Counted from the stretch's first letter, positions 14,501-29,095 are shown. The stretch: 64,000 bases of DNA from Eledone cirrhosa (GCA_964016885.1 OZ024748.1:9672001-9736000); one strand, 5' to 3'. A program made the numbers and translations. The notes: generated by a model from the letters alone, not told the origin.

Positions 14501-16586
14501 ATAATATTTATTGGTGAAATTTGATGATTATTTCTCAAAGAAAAACGAAAATTTGGACCTTGCTCTCCACATGTTAAAACAGTGAGAGGGAATAAACAAC
14601 ATTCTCAACGATTCCCTGCTAATTTTGGGCCTTAGAAGACTTATGTAGCTCAATTTAGAGCATTTTTTAGCAGAAATATGTTTACTCACCGATCCATTTC
14701 TTGAAATTCTGGCTCAAACTCGATATCTGAAGCCTTGGATTCGTGATCCAATTCAGCTTTCACTGAACAGGAATACGCTAGTACGTGTTATGAACATCCA
14801 TGGTATTCCCCTTTTTATTTACTTTATGCTTTTGTGCCATCTCGTGGCCAGTGCATTGAAATAGAATTAGAGCTACCGTTCAGCAGGACTAACGTTGTGA
14901 ATGAGTGGAAATACGAGGGCAATTGAGGGGACCTGACATAGCTGGCACTGCTCTCACAGACCTCTCTTCTACCCCTAGTTTCCTTAGGGACAATCAGATG
15001 ACAGGACGAGGTACTCTGTCAAGTGCATTCTTCAGTTCAACAAAAACTAGATATAGTGGCTTACTTAACTAGGAACTTCTTTTATAGTATTCTCATTAAA
15101 AAGAGGGCATCTGTAATATGTCCATATAAATTTGTGTACATCTTCCAATCATTTATGTTAACTGTGCAACCAAATCTAATGTGATAAAATATAAGTAATT
15201 ATTGTTTATTGATTAGTCAGGAGGTAGGAAAATACCCATGACCCTTTTCAGGGTCTCAGCGATTAGTCAGAGCAAGATAACTTCAAACTGGAGACCTGGC
15301 CCGAATTCTTGTAATGCAATAAAGTAGATTCTACTAAAGACACCCAAGAACCCGGTCAGTCTTAAACTGGATGACCAATCAAGTCTCATGTAGGCCATGG
15401 TGGGGTTTAAACCTAAAATACAGAGAGATGGAACAAATATCACAAGGTCTTCTATCCAACCCTCTAGAATGGTATTTTATGGACACAAAAAAGGATGAAG
15501 AGCAAAGTTCCTCCCAGTGGAATTTCTACTCAGAAATTGAAGGAGCTGAAGTAAAACACAAAGGTATTTCGTCAAATGTTCAAATACCTCTGCCAATTCA
15601 CCATTAGATACCATTCCTGCCTTGAAGCTAAACTGGTATTTGTCAGTGAAACAGACAGAATATGTTGTTGAGCCCCAGTAAATTTCTGATTAAAGGTATT
15701 CAGTCACCAATAAACTGTATTTCATATAAAATAATGTGTCTTCCTTCTTGAGTAGATTAGGGTGTGGCTTTCGACAGATTGGTTGTTAATTTCTAGCAGG
15801 TTGTGTTGTCATATAGAAGCTCCCTCATTGGCACAAGAGGTTTTGTTGTTAGCTTAGAAACACAATACAATGCTTGTAGTCATAACTTTAGTAGTCTATC
15901 ATCTTAAACACATTAAAACTGGGTTTGCTCTATTAAGGAATAATTACCATGACTAACAATTACTGTTTTTTTGTTAATAATCATAATAGTAGGTTGAAAT
16001 GATAAGAAAAGCCACCGACCAATAATGAATCAAACAGAAAATAATCATTGTATTTAACCAACCCCATGTTGTTAAACATCGGCTTTAGAAGTGTGACATT
16101 ATAAATAATTAGACATTATAGAAATATTTTGGAAAATCAAATAATAAATAACAATAAACAAAGTTTCAAGAAGGAAATATTGGAGAGTTGATTATAATTT
16201 GGAAAAAGGAAAGTTGAGTTGTTGTTATCAACCAAATTAAGACATATTGTTCCCAGAAGTATATACAAAATATTTTTAAAATTTCAACTACTGTCAAACC
16301 TCAACAGCCAATTATTTATTATGTGCAATTAAAATTAAAATATTTAGTCTTAAAGAGAAAAAGTATTTTCGTGCAGTTTAAAATATATTAAACCTTTTGA
16401 TATAAAATTGGCTGGAACTGACCACAGTTCTTGTAATGCATTGTTTTAAAGTGTTTATATGTATCTAATAATTTTATGTAAGAACTTTCCATTAAGTTAT
16501 AATTCAAACACCAACTTAATTCAACCACCGTACTATTTTACAAAATCCCTCTGAATTATTTTTCAAAAGGATTTGAAAATTATAAG

Positions 16587-16742
16587 CAGTGTCTTTGATT
16601 AGAAATATGGTAATGAAAGAGTTAAAGATAGGCAATGCCTTTCATTAGAAATATGGTAATGAAAGAGTTAAAGATAGACAGTGTCTTTTGTTAGAAATAT
16701 GGTAATGAAAGGGTTAAAGACACAGGTAGTGTCTTTCATTAG
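16587..16742. repeat. ~46-bp tandem repeat x3 derived from a MITE terminus
   Basis: gtgtctttcattagaaatatggtaatgaaagagttaaagata. Confidence 0.85.
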
Positions 16743-17597
16743 TTTCATCCCCATCTTCCCCAAACCCTTAGATTCATACATCCCACTGACCCACCTAGTC
16801 AACAGTCCAAACTGAATATCACCGAAATATTCCAATCTCCAAAGATGGTTAAGTTGAAAGACTAGGAAACTATGAGTACTTTCTTTTTAAGATTACCATA
16901 TTACCAGAGTTAGCCAACAACAAATGACATTAAGAATCACCAACATTTATATTTATATAATAATGAAAGGCCTGTTGTCATTTGCTGTGGTCAAACTGGT
17001 CAACTCTGAGTATCATTAGTGTTTTATAGGATATTATATGAAAGAGATGCAGTAGAGAAGTAGTTAACAGTAAAGACATGAAATAGATTCGTTCAACTGA
17101 TCAGAAAACTTTGCCGTAAGTAGTAGACAATATCTAACATGTAGTCGAAGTGGATTAGAGAGCAGCCAAGTGGGGAAAGTACAAAGAACTATTACTAGTG
17201 TCAACAACAAATGGCTCCAAGTGAAGAGCAGATTGTTTGATGATTCAGTATGAAATGCAATATTGCATGATAGCGAAAGATGGGCAGTTGAATGGGAAGG
17301 ATGTCTGAAAGTTGGAAAGAAAAGGAGAACATACTCTACTGCATAAGTAACATTAGCATACAAGTATAAAAAAGCAGATGACATCAGTAGAATCAGCTGT
17401 AGCACGCATGTGAGAAGGTGGCACTGGTACAGACATGTGGTGCATGTGAAGAGTGATAGATGGGTAAAGAAATGCCAAAAAATCCAAGATAGAAGAATTC
17501 TGCAAAAGAGATTATCCAAATCTGAACTCAGGATACTGAGTCATGAGCCTAACAAAGTGCTAAGATGCTATGACAACGTGGTAAAACAGGCATGAAT

Positions 17598-17862
17598 TGA
17601 TGGCATTTGTGTCAAACATAAACTTATAATGATGGCATTTGTGTCAAACATAAACTTATAATGATGGCATTTGTGTCAAACAAAATTATATTGATGCCAT
17701 TTGTGTCAAACATAAACTTATAACGATGGCATTTGTGTCAAACAAACTTATATTGATGCCATTTGTGTCAAACAAATTAATGTTAATGGCATTTATGTCA
17801 AACACAAAATTATATGTTGATGGCATTTGTGTCAAACAAACTGAAATTGATGTCATTTGTGT
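17598..17862. repeat. ~30-bp tandem repeat, about 9 units
   Basis: tgatggcatttgtgtcaaacataaacttataa. Confidence 0.92.
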
Positions 17863-18337
17863 TATGATAAAACTGAATAACCCAGTCATTATGAAGATAA
17901 TTCAATTGTCACAAGCTATGGGCTGGAACAAATAAAGAACTGCCTGTCTAATAACCTTCAACACACAAGCCAAAAAGAGAGCCACTACAAAGATCATTCC
18001 ACTTTTTAGAAAAAGCAGCCAAATCTCCCTCATAGTCATCCTACTATAAAAAAAGAATGAACATATGTAGATATGTAATGAGAAAGATAGAAATAGTGAT
18101 GACTGGAACATATTTGATGGACTCAATGGGTACTCATCTGGAACTAAACAATTGTGAAACTAATGATGCTACTGTCTACCCCTAATTCCAACAAACAATA
18201 CTTGTAACTATAAGAGCTCTCACCCTAACCCAACTACACTAACACTTTTGATAGAAAACTGCCCCTGGAAAGATGTTTATTTTACAGTGTTTATATTTAG
18301 CTAGGAACACTACCATCATAAACTTATGTAATAACCT

Positions 18338-18550
18338 TTACCCCTTTAGCATTTAAACCGGCCGTATCTGGCCAGAATTCTCTTACCTCTTTCTGTTCGA
18401 ACCAGCTGTAACCAACCTCTCATACTGATGCTAAGGTAGTGTTCTCAAAATAAATATCAAAATCTCATAAATTCGATATTATATGAGATAAAGCCTTTAC
18501 GGCAAAAATACAATAGTAAATATAGAATAATGTAAATGGTAAAGGGTTAA
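18338..18550. mobile_element. MITE family A copy (opposite orientation)
   Basis: ccctttagcatttaaaccggcc...gtaaatggtaaagggttaa. Confidence 0.82.
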
Positions 18551-19497
18551 GTTATGGCATTTTCAGTGTCTTCTACCATAACTTAGAGTTAACAATGCTT
18601 TGAAATTGGAAACCATTCCTGGTGTTGGATAGTAAATATAATTAATCCATCACTCAGTTGAATATTGCCACATCATCCTTGAGTGCCTTTAGCAGAGTCC
18701 ACTCTGTTTGCAATCATACACATTAACTATTAAAATAAGAATTTAGCTGAAAACTCAGGACAGAAACTGAAATGAAAACAACATAAACTACAGAAGATAT
18801 AATAAACCATTCCAAATAATAAACTTTGACACTGAACATTGCTTTGTTTATTCAAAGGATACTTGCTGATCCATTTAGTTTACTTTCTTACCAAATAGAA
18901 AATGTTCTAGCTATGAAACCACCACAAATATGTACTGACTAAAGAAAACATACCATAGGAATTCTTGCTATTTTGTTTACTATTTGAAAGGTAACCCCCC
19001 CCCCTCCCCTGCTAAGTATGAAGTACAACAGCTCTAAGTAGAACTGCAGTACATCATGAAATGGTTGTCGTACAATTCCCCTCTCCTGACATTTCTTAGA
19101 AAAAAAAAGCAGTCACCACCCACTCTAATAACCCTACCATCACCATATTTCTTATGAAAGACAGTGTCAATATTTTACAAATGATTTTGAAAATAATGGA
19201 TAATTTGGGGTGATTTAGTAATATAACTTTCTCATTGTTAAGCTGCTGTTCAGAACTATGATGTAAAGTTTTTAGATAATTATAGACACTTAAACAGAAA
19301 CATCTTTGTATTATTGAAGAACCAAGAGACATTTCATGTGGTTTTGTATCAAAACCGTGAAATATTCAGTCTTGCAAATGAGAAGAGAATACATTGAATG
19401 AAGGTTGGCAACATGAGACTAATCCAAGGTAATCCAATTGTTTCTAGTAATAATCAAACTATTTTTTTCTAAAACATAATAACCTATACATTCTGAT

Positions 19498-19710
19498 TTA
19501 ACCCTTTAGCATTTAAACCAGCCATATCTGGCCAGAATTCTCTCACCTCTTTCTGTTCAAGCCGTCTGTAACCGACCTCTCATACTGATGTTAAGGTAGT
19601 GTTCTCAAAATAACTAATATCAAAATCTCATAAATTTGGTATTATGTGAGATAAAGTGTTTATGAAACTATAATAGTAAATATAGAGTAATGTAAATGTT
19701 AAAAGGTTAA
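19498..19710. mobile_element. MITE family A copy
   Basis: ttaaccctttagcattta...taaatgttaaaaggttaa. Confidence 0.82.
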
Positions 19711-21828
19711 CAAGACTAGTGAATTCATATAGCAAAAGTGTTTACAATACAAACTTTGAGCCTACATAATATAATTCATGGCAACAGTTGTTTTTTTTTA
19801 AATACGATACAGGAGATGAAATGTTGTGTTTATTGTAATTTGAGAATGATTTCTATTTGTTTCAAACATACATAAACTATCCTACATTATGTTGATGATA
19901 AGGGAACCATTTTTCTATGCTTGTGTGGATTGTAAGGATCTTTCTAAGCAGAGCATCATGCCACATGTTTCTGTCTTTTCTCATCTTTGTGAGATCCCAG
20001 TTCTCTAAAACCAATCAGTTTTTTACCACTTCTTAGCCTGTCTTCCTTGTTCACAGATTTCTTCCACTTGAATGATTTACATCTTTGTCCTACTGTCATT
20101 CTTCATTCATATCAAATGTTCATATGAGCAGAAGTTTGATTCTTCTCTCAGTTACTCCCACCTTACTGACAACACAACTCTACATGGCTTGCAAACACAT
20201 TCATCGACACCCAGTTCTCCTTCCTCAGTAGACCCCAGATAAAACATGGAACCCAATCAAATGTTTTCTCCAAGTCAATGAATGTTAGATACTGTAGCTT
20301 AGTTCTCTTGCCTCACTAACAACTGTTCTGCTGTCCTTTCATAAAACAAAATTTTATCTCAACTATTTTCTTCCATTCTGTAATTCCCATAAGTTGGGTC
20401 CATCAATTTGATGCCTGTGTAATACGTTATTTCTATATCTCCCTTTCCCTTGTCCCAGTTTAAATATAAGTTGGTCCATCAATTTGATAGCTGTGTTATA
20501 ATACTGACCAAAACCTATCAAAGTTTACATGTTCCCTTGTCATAGTTAAAATAATATTTCTATGCCAATCATTTGTTAATGACCCCCAATTCCATCTGAT
20601 CGATGGTAAGCCAGCAAGGAAGCCTCTAAATAGTCACTTGACATGCTAAAAATAATAACCAAATTGCACTCCACCATTAAAACAAAAGGACATTAGATCT
20701 GGAAAATCAGATGATGGGATGTCTATGGCTGGAATGTTTTAGATCATTGGTCTGTTTGAGACCTAGGACTAAACAACAAACAACCTGACTATGCAAATAA
20801 CTTGTATAAATTCTATGTTGCAAGATATCTTCATCATCTCAACAATATTCCTGATGGCCAGATTACTTTCTCTATGTCTATATATTCAATGAGCCATTCT
20901 CAGTCAGCAGTATCATTTAATGTCCATTTTCTCTGCTATTAAGAATTGGACAAATCACCACAGACCAAGTCACTACTTAAGTGGAGCTACAGACCTCCTC
21001 AGATGAGCTGTGGGGAAGGAAGGAGCCTGCATCTTGCTCATTCACATCCCTACACTGTACCAGGTTCCGTTCAAGCAGGCCAGACACCCACATCTCACTA
21101 CAGGGTGTATTTTATCATGGCACCAACACTAAGGAAGTTGCCATGCCATTGTCTATAGCAAACTTCATGACAGAGTTGTCTACTTTAGTGAAAACACCAC
21201 TATTATTATGTACACAATTGTTTTCAGCTTCTCTCTTGGCTAAATATATCTCATGCCTAGCTTCTCTTATCTTTTCTTCCATTCTTTCTAGAATGTGTCT
21301 TAGCTTTTTATGGCTTTACTGTAGTACCAGTACCATTCTACTGCCATGTCACCATCTGCCGGGATGGAATCTCACTAAATCCCTACACAAAAGATAAAAT
21401 AATTTCCTTCATTATCAACAGTTTTGTTTTGCCATCTGTTACAATGGCTGCCAAATTGTGACACTACATCCACGAACACACAAAATCAGTTTTTTACAAA
21501 ACGACAGCTATTTAGCTGAGCTACTAAAAAATAATTAATAAAAATAACAACTTAATCAATAAGGTAAATATTTGTTTTTAAATACTGGCATAGAAAATTA
21601 GATTATTAAACTGAAGATGGTGATACTAAAATTACCTCAATAACAAAACTAACTAATTATTATGAAATACAAAACATAACATCTACAAATATGGATTACA
21701 TGTAAACAGCACTTTGCTAAGAACATCATCTAGGTGAAAGCAAATATAAAAAATTGCAGACCTGTCCAACATACACAACGAAAAAGATGATCAAAATGAC
21801 TATGATCATGCTGGAATTTCACATTTTA

Positions 21829-21990
21829 TTTTATTGCTAGAAAACCAAGAATACCAGTTTAGGGAACTCATTCAAATATATATTTATTGCTAAGAATCCA
21901 AGAAAACCGGTTTAGGGAACTCATTAAAATATATATTTATTGCTAGGAATCCAAGAGTGCCAGTTTAGAAAGCTCGTGAAAATATAAATA
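21829..21990. repeat. ~52-bp tandem repeat x3
   Basis: tttattgctag..ccaaga..ccagtttagggaactcatt.aaatatata. Confidence 0.85.
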
Positions 21991-22702
21991 TATATAGAGA
22001 ATGAATATGACTATTTTCCAAAATTCTGAAATGTCATATTCTAAATATTTAAATATATTTATTCTTTTGTCGTATGCAAAGAAAATAGAAACAATTCATT
22101 AATTTTAAAAAAAATTAGTGCAACTTCATAGAATAAATTATTAAATTATAAATTGAATTTGTGCATTATAATTAATTTAATATATACACAAAGCACGAAG
22201 ATAAATGCGGCTTTATCATATTCAGAAGTTAACTTAAGTCACTGTGTAAGGTTTTAATAGGCCATGAGATTTAGACATAAACATGTTAAAATCATATATA
22301 TATATATATATATGTGAAATCTTATAACTTATGAAATCACTAGGAGTATTTTACCCGGTTTTCGAAGCTAATTATAGCGATCAACTGTTTGTTAATTTCT
22401 GCATTTGGGATTCCCACATTTTCATATATAATATATATCTGTGTGAGTTTTGTATTGTGTGCGGAACGTCAACAAGGAAGAAAAAAAAACGCGGGTGTAC
22501 AATATAATTACAATATATTTTAGTTTAACGCTTGATATAGTAGGGAGAAAACCCTTAACGTTTCGGACATTAGTCCTTTATCGGAAGGTAAAATGAAATA
22601 GATAGACAAGCGTACAAACAGAAAGAAACAGGAAAAAGATTTTCACAGGCTTATAAAGCACGTGCGTATTTAGTTCGTTGCCTATTATATATATATATAT
22701 AA

Positions 22703-22733
<31 letters not shown>

Positions 22734-24157
22734 AACACACAAATATATATTACTTTGTAAGGTTCTTGGTGTGAAATCGCGTTGAGAAGATATGGTTATA
22801 TTTTTGGGAGGGTCGTGTTGTTGCTTAATTGCTAATATGACCCTCCCAAAGTATAACAATACGTATTAGTCATATATATGTATGCGTATTGGTTATATAA
22901 ATGTGTGTGTGTGTGTGTGTGTTACAACGTAAGCAAATATGCGATAAGAGAAAACAAAAGCATTGATTTGAGTCTAGTGCTCGTAAAATCTATAACAAGA
23001 GGAAGAAGATGAATAGAACAAAACGTCATGTGTTTTCTATAGACAACATTTCATATGGAGATTTATTGGAAGTAGATCCAATAGAACCATATATATATAC
23101 ATATATATATAAATATATATATGTATATAGGCTTAAAGAGGAAATACCAAAAATAAAGCAGACAATACATTTAATTAATGTTTAGTACAGGAAATAATTA
23201 GCTCTGGTCTCCCATTTTCTGTTACTTTTAAAATGAAGGTATTATAGCAAAAAAAGATTACGAGTCTATGTATAGAATATATATATTATATAGTATATAT
23301 ATATATATATATATTATACAGCCATGTGGTAGAAGAAAGCAACATCTGAATAATGGGGTGACTAGGAAAAGAGGCCGCGTGCTTCAGGAACGAAAGACAG
23401 AGTTAATTCGTGTTTAGTTTGCTTGGTGTATTTTTAATGTTGAGTTTTCATATAATTTTCTGTCTGGTTTTGTTTGTTTTTATTTAATCTACGCAGATAA
23501 ATCAATGGACAGAATAATAATAATCTCGTCCTTCCTCTATAAACTAATAAATCTAATAAACATACGATAGCGAGAGTTGCAGAGAAGAAAGAAGATAAAG
23601 GTTTTTTTCTGAACTAAAATGTAGCACATGACCATCCCATAGTACGAAAGAAACCGGTAACAGGTATAATATAAAGCTAAGCCACCACTCCTTCGTTCAA
23701 CAGAAAAATGCAGTTGCAACACACAACGTGAATTATCATACAACTAATGTCTGCACAATTTTCTACTACACTATTAGATTGTTCCTTCCTTCGTCAAGCT
23801 TGAAGCTGTCAACAGAAATAAAACCCCTGAGAGGTGCTCTAAGCAAAGATGAAGTTCACAGCAATGATGTTTAAATACTAACAAAACTGATTTACTAATA
23901 TTCTATACAAAAAAACAAACAGAAATACGTCCATCACGTATGAAAAGATGTTATTCTCTCTCCCTTCTACTCTATCTTGTCCTCCTAATAAAAGCCAGCA
24001 ATGTATTTATTAGTGAGAGACATTTAGGTTTGTTTGTTGTCTGTTGGCACTTCTACCTACTTTACTAACCTGCTGTAAACAAATTATACACACTACACTT
24101 TATACACTTGTTTTTCTCCCACTAACATCGTTAAACTACACACATCTGCTACACTGC

Positions 24158-24200
<43 letters not shown>

Positions 24201-24309
24201 GAGTGTCCCAAAAATGTATACACACTTTAACAGCATTCTAATAAAAAATCTGTATACATTTTTGGGGGACACACACTTCGGTATTGAGTTGTCTCGCTCA
24301 CATCCGTCA

Positions 24310-24377
<68 letters not shown>

Positions 24378-25321
24378 GGGGAGATTGGGAGTTGCTAATA
24401 AGACCATGTACAGCTAAGTACTCGATATTTGGGGATAGTAGAGTCTGTACTGTAACGGATTAGTGCCCGACAGCTGAGCTCAACCGTTGGGCACTAATCA
24501 GTTACTATACATATGAGTTGTAATAAGAAAAAGCTTGTAACTGACGTAGATTGAAAACCGAAATCATCACATCAGCCGGAGAGAGTGAGAGTAAGAAGTA
24601 AATAAATATAGGAATAATTAGATAAACAAAATATATCACAACGAAGCAAACAAAACTGGGGTACAACATTAAAGTAACTTAGAAATTGATGACCTAAATT
24701 TAAAAAAAAAAGATGTGTCTAATAGATGGTTATATATATATATAAATACAGACATATATACATACATACATGCATGCACACATTATCTCCATAAATAAAC
24801 TAAAGAATGGGAAGAAAAACTGATTGAGAGTAAAGTAGGCGACTGTTAAGATGGGATGGATTAAATGTCGAAAAGGTTTTTTTAAGTAAACAAAAACAGG
24901 GGAAATAATTCTCAGTAAACAGCAAACATCCATGATGGGTGTGTAGATGAATATATAACATGGGAGTGTTTCACTTAGGAGAGATTTTATAACTAATGCT
25001 GCCAATATATAGAGAGATGTAGGAATATATAATAATAAATACTAAGAGGGGAAAGAAATCTGAATGCCAGAGTGAAAATTCGAGCCATGTTCTTATGATA
25101 GGGGACAGCTTTATAGTCGTTGGTTGGTTTTCACAGTACAACAGATTTAATAATTAATAGAATATTAATATAATTAATAGAATATTAATTAGTGTGTATA
25201 GAAATATTTTTAGTAAGCAATTTAGAAGATAAGAACGACAAAAGGATTCAGTTGTTATCCTCGCCTTCTAGATTAGAATGATATTTACAATCCGGCCAAC
25301 GGCAAGCAAGAGCTATGTATG

Positions 25322-25383
<62 letters not shown>

Positions 25384-25896
25384 TATATGGATGTATTATA
25401 TAAATGCGTCGTCGAAATGTGTGAATGAGTATGAAATCTTGTTTACACAGCCGCCATGATGAAAACGCACATGGCATATTTACAAAGCTCACTAAAGAAC
25501 AAAACAACGAGTGATTGGTGACAAGATTAGTAAACTAAAGCTGGGTGAGCGGGAGAGAGGGAAAAAAATAAAGACACCAGACGGAAGTGATAAAAATACT
25601 TGTGGTGAAAATCTGGGTGTATTTTGATTGGAATAGTAAAGTAATATAAGATGTGGTGACGATGGTGTTGCTTGTTCAACTGCTACAATTATTGGCTTCC
25701 ACCAAGTTCGCCGGTTGGTGTCGGCACACACTCACTTTTAAATGTCGTTCATCTTTCATCACACTAACAAAACCAACCACTCACACACATTGTACCATAA
25801 AAACAAATACAACAGATATATATTGCAGATTGGGGTTTTATTCTTAGGAGAATAGACAATCAAATGAAAACCTGATCAGATTCCGCACATTGTGTT

Positions 25897-25929
<33 letters not shown>

Positions 25930-27043
25930 GTGTGCATAGCACAGGAGCAAACAATTATATACACACATACACATATATATTTTATTTATTTATATATATA
26001 AGTGCATAACACAAACACAAGAGCAAACAATTATACACACACACACACACATTTATTATTTATTTATATATATATATACATATATACAAGTGCATAACAC
26101 AAACACAGGAGCAAACAATTATATATATATACCGACATGTGACTAATCTCTTTACATAGCTTTGCAATAATAAATTACAGAAGGATATGTGAAATATCTA
26201 TTTCTTTAAGTGAATATATTAAATATATTAACTGTACTTTAATAAAGAAATGAATAGGAAGGGCGGACAGAAAATAAAATGAATTTTATTTACAAATATT
26301 TCAATTATGGTTTGATTTCTTTCTAAAATATTTCACCGGCTTCTGTTGAGGGACAGAAGAAATGGTTGCCCTAATTTCTGACCATACAGACATTGTAACA
26401 TAATAACCGTATATGGATATATTATCACAACTGTTTAGACACAATAATCACAAGGAAAATAAACAATATTAAATAATTGACTACATTTTAAAATATAAAA
26501 GACAGAAAAAGATAAAAGTCTTTGGTATATTGGAGTCAAGAAAAACTGAGCAAATGTGAAAACGTGGATAATATTTGTTGAAATTGGTTGAGGTTAGATC
26601 TGAACAATAACAACATTGTTATCACGATACATATTTTGTCTGGTAGCAATTGTGTATACACAGTATATTAGCAATTATATACTATGTATATAGTGTGGTA
26701 TATATATATATATATATGGTGTATATATATATATATGACATACGATAGGTGAGGAAACAATACAGTAATTTTATACACTGACATTTTATATATAGTTTAA
26801 TGATTGATGTTTAATGTGAAAATAATATATTACTGGTTAAAGGATGTTTGTCATAAAATAAAAATAAACTCGATCCCTCATTTAATTACCAATCTAGAGT
26901 GATGTCTCTCTCTATATATCTCTCCCACTCTCGTCCATATCTCACTCACTCCCCCTCTCTGTTGTCTTTTTATTGACTCTCCCCCTCTCTATCTATCTCT
27001 CCTCCCTCTCTCTCTCTCTCTCTTAGATTGCGGTATTTACTTA

Positions 27044-27418
<375 letters not shown>

Positions 27419-27425
27419 CTATCAG

Positions 27426-27510
27426 CAAAATGGCAGCTAGTGAAAAGGAAAACAACTTACCCTCTACCTAACTGTTTACATCACAGCTGAGTTTACCCAG
27501 CATGCATTGC
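27426..27510. promoter_or_regulatory. FoxK proximal promoter/5'UTR motifs: YY1-like CAAAATGGC (27426), forkhead TGTTTAC (27473-27479), ZNF143/Staf-like TTACCCAGCATGCATTGC (27493-27510)
   Basis: Motif matches seen directly within 110 nt upstream of the FoxK ATG; function inferred. Confidence 0.55.
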
Positions 27511-28218
27511 TGCCTCCCCCTTTCACTGTAACATCACTCACACTCACTCATCAGGCCGCTTACCACACAAATACACACACTCATAACAACAACCATAACA
27601 CACATTTTTTCATGTTAACTAATAAACAATTAAAATATTTCTTACTCCACTCTTTAACCTAACAAATTTAATTGAATTTTAATTGATTTATTTTTTTGTC
27701 ATAATGGTGATTTAGTTGATAAATCAGAATATATATAAATATTTTTTTTTATTTAATTTAATATAAAATTATTTGTCTTAATGGGGTCGGTTTTTCCTCG
27801 ATATCACTTCCTTCCTCTTACTTTCTATCATCTCTGAAAGAATCATTCTATATTTAAACCCTGGAGAGAAGAGATGGGTTCCCTCGGCTAGGTTTTAAGA
27901 AAAATGCCCTAGAAACGCCGTATGTCAATATGACTCCATCGGGAGTTACAGCAAAAACAATATATATATATATACATCAATGAGTGCGCATACTTCTATG
28001 TGAAGTATCTATGGAAATAAACAAACGACGAGAACAATAATAAGATAAATAACTTTGTTGTGTGACAAAATAAAAATTTAAAACCAACAACTACTTTTTT
28101 AAATATTTTTTAAAAAACCTACTTTACGATACATTCCTACCAACAAATAAGTAAATAAAAAGCAAACATTTTAAAAAGCGGCTTGTTAGATGATGATTCT
28201 CAATGTTCCTTCTCGTTA

Positions 28219-28293
<75 letters not shown>

Positions 28294-28519
28294 GGTGTAC
28301 TTTAATATAAACATGAAAATATACACACAAATAATGTATATAATACTTAATTACTTAAATATTTTACATAAAAATATAGAATCACAACGAAAGAAAATTT
28401 AATTCATCTTAATTGTGTCAATCAGTCATACACCACAAGGGGTGACGGAGTCTCCTTCTAATACTTTTTGAGGCAAGCCAACACACACTGATAGCGAGGC
28501 TAAGGTGCTGGAACAACCA

Positions 28520-29012
28520 AGTACCCTCATCTTTGGTCAGAGTGGATCCTAAGTACTTGAAGGTGTCCACTTCTTCAAGTTTTCCTCTGCTCAGCATGTT
28601 GTTGGTTGCTGTATTCTGGTTATTACTGTTAACCAGAATCTTGCTCTTTTCTGAGCTGAACTCCATTCCATTTGCTCCTGGTCCTGTTTCCAGTCTGGTA
28701 GTGAGCTCTTGGAGTTCTGCTTCACTTCTTCCTGGATCAATCTCATCAGTAAATCACAGTTTGGAAATGAGCCTTCCTCCAATGTAAACTGGGGTGTGGA
28801 AGTCTTGCAGAGTTTCTTGCACGATGGTTTTACGGAAGATGTTGAAAAGCACAGGAGAAAGGAGATACCCTTTGTCAAACTGAGGAATTCTCCAATGTTG
28901 AGAACTGCACTGTTTGAGTTGTTGTATGTGCTTTAATTACTTGAATGAGGTTGATGTCCAAGTTGTAATCCTTCAACACTTTCCACAAACCCTCATGCCA
29001 AACCTGATCAAA
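28520..29012 (-). mobile_element. Degraded non-LTR retrotransposon RT fragment (RTE-like)
   Basis: Frameshifted LLSPVLFNIF-like segment, MEFSSEKSKILVN, LEEVDTFKYLGSTL. Confidence 0.8.
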
Positions 29013-29095
29013 TTCATAAACAGGACCACATAGCCCTTATAAATATTTACTCTCTCTCTCTTTTATTCATATCCATCAAACTTAACAAACTAGCC

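Noticed and set aside
17064-17519. 151-aa hydrophobic ORF and similar F/I/L/Y-rich ORFs (e.g. 63058-63408)
   Set aside because: Composition explained by AT-rich or LINE-derived sequence; no domain or splice support.
17598-17935. 30-bp repeat as CRISPR or coding repeat
   Set aside because: The variable part is only about 11 nt and homologous between units: an ordinary minisatellite.
24200-24272. Hairpin gtgtcccaaaaatgtatac..gtatacatttttgggggacac as ncRNA
   Set aside because: A second copy occurs near 42540-42585 in (TA)n; it resembles Tc1/mariner-type MITE ends.
25736-25763. Possible 28-nt cassette or first exon (MKDERHLK|GTGAGT) in FoxK intron 1
   Set aside because: Donor is phase 0, incompatible with phase-2 exon 2; no other support.
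27436-27462. GTAAGT...cactag mini-intron in the FoxK 5' region
   Set aside because: Only about 24 nt, too short for a normal intron; no supporting upstream exon identified.
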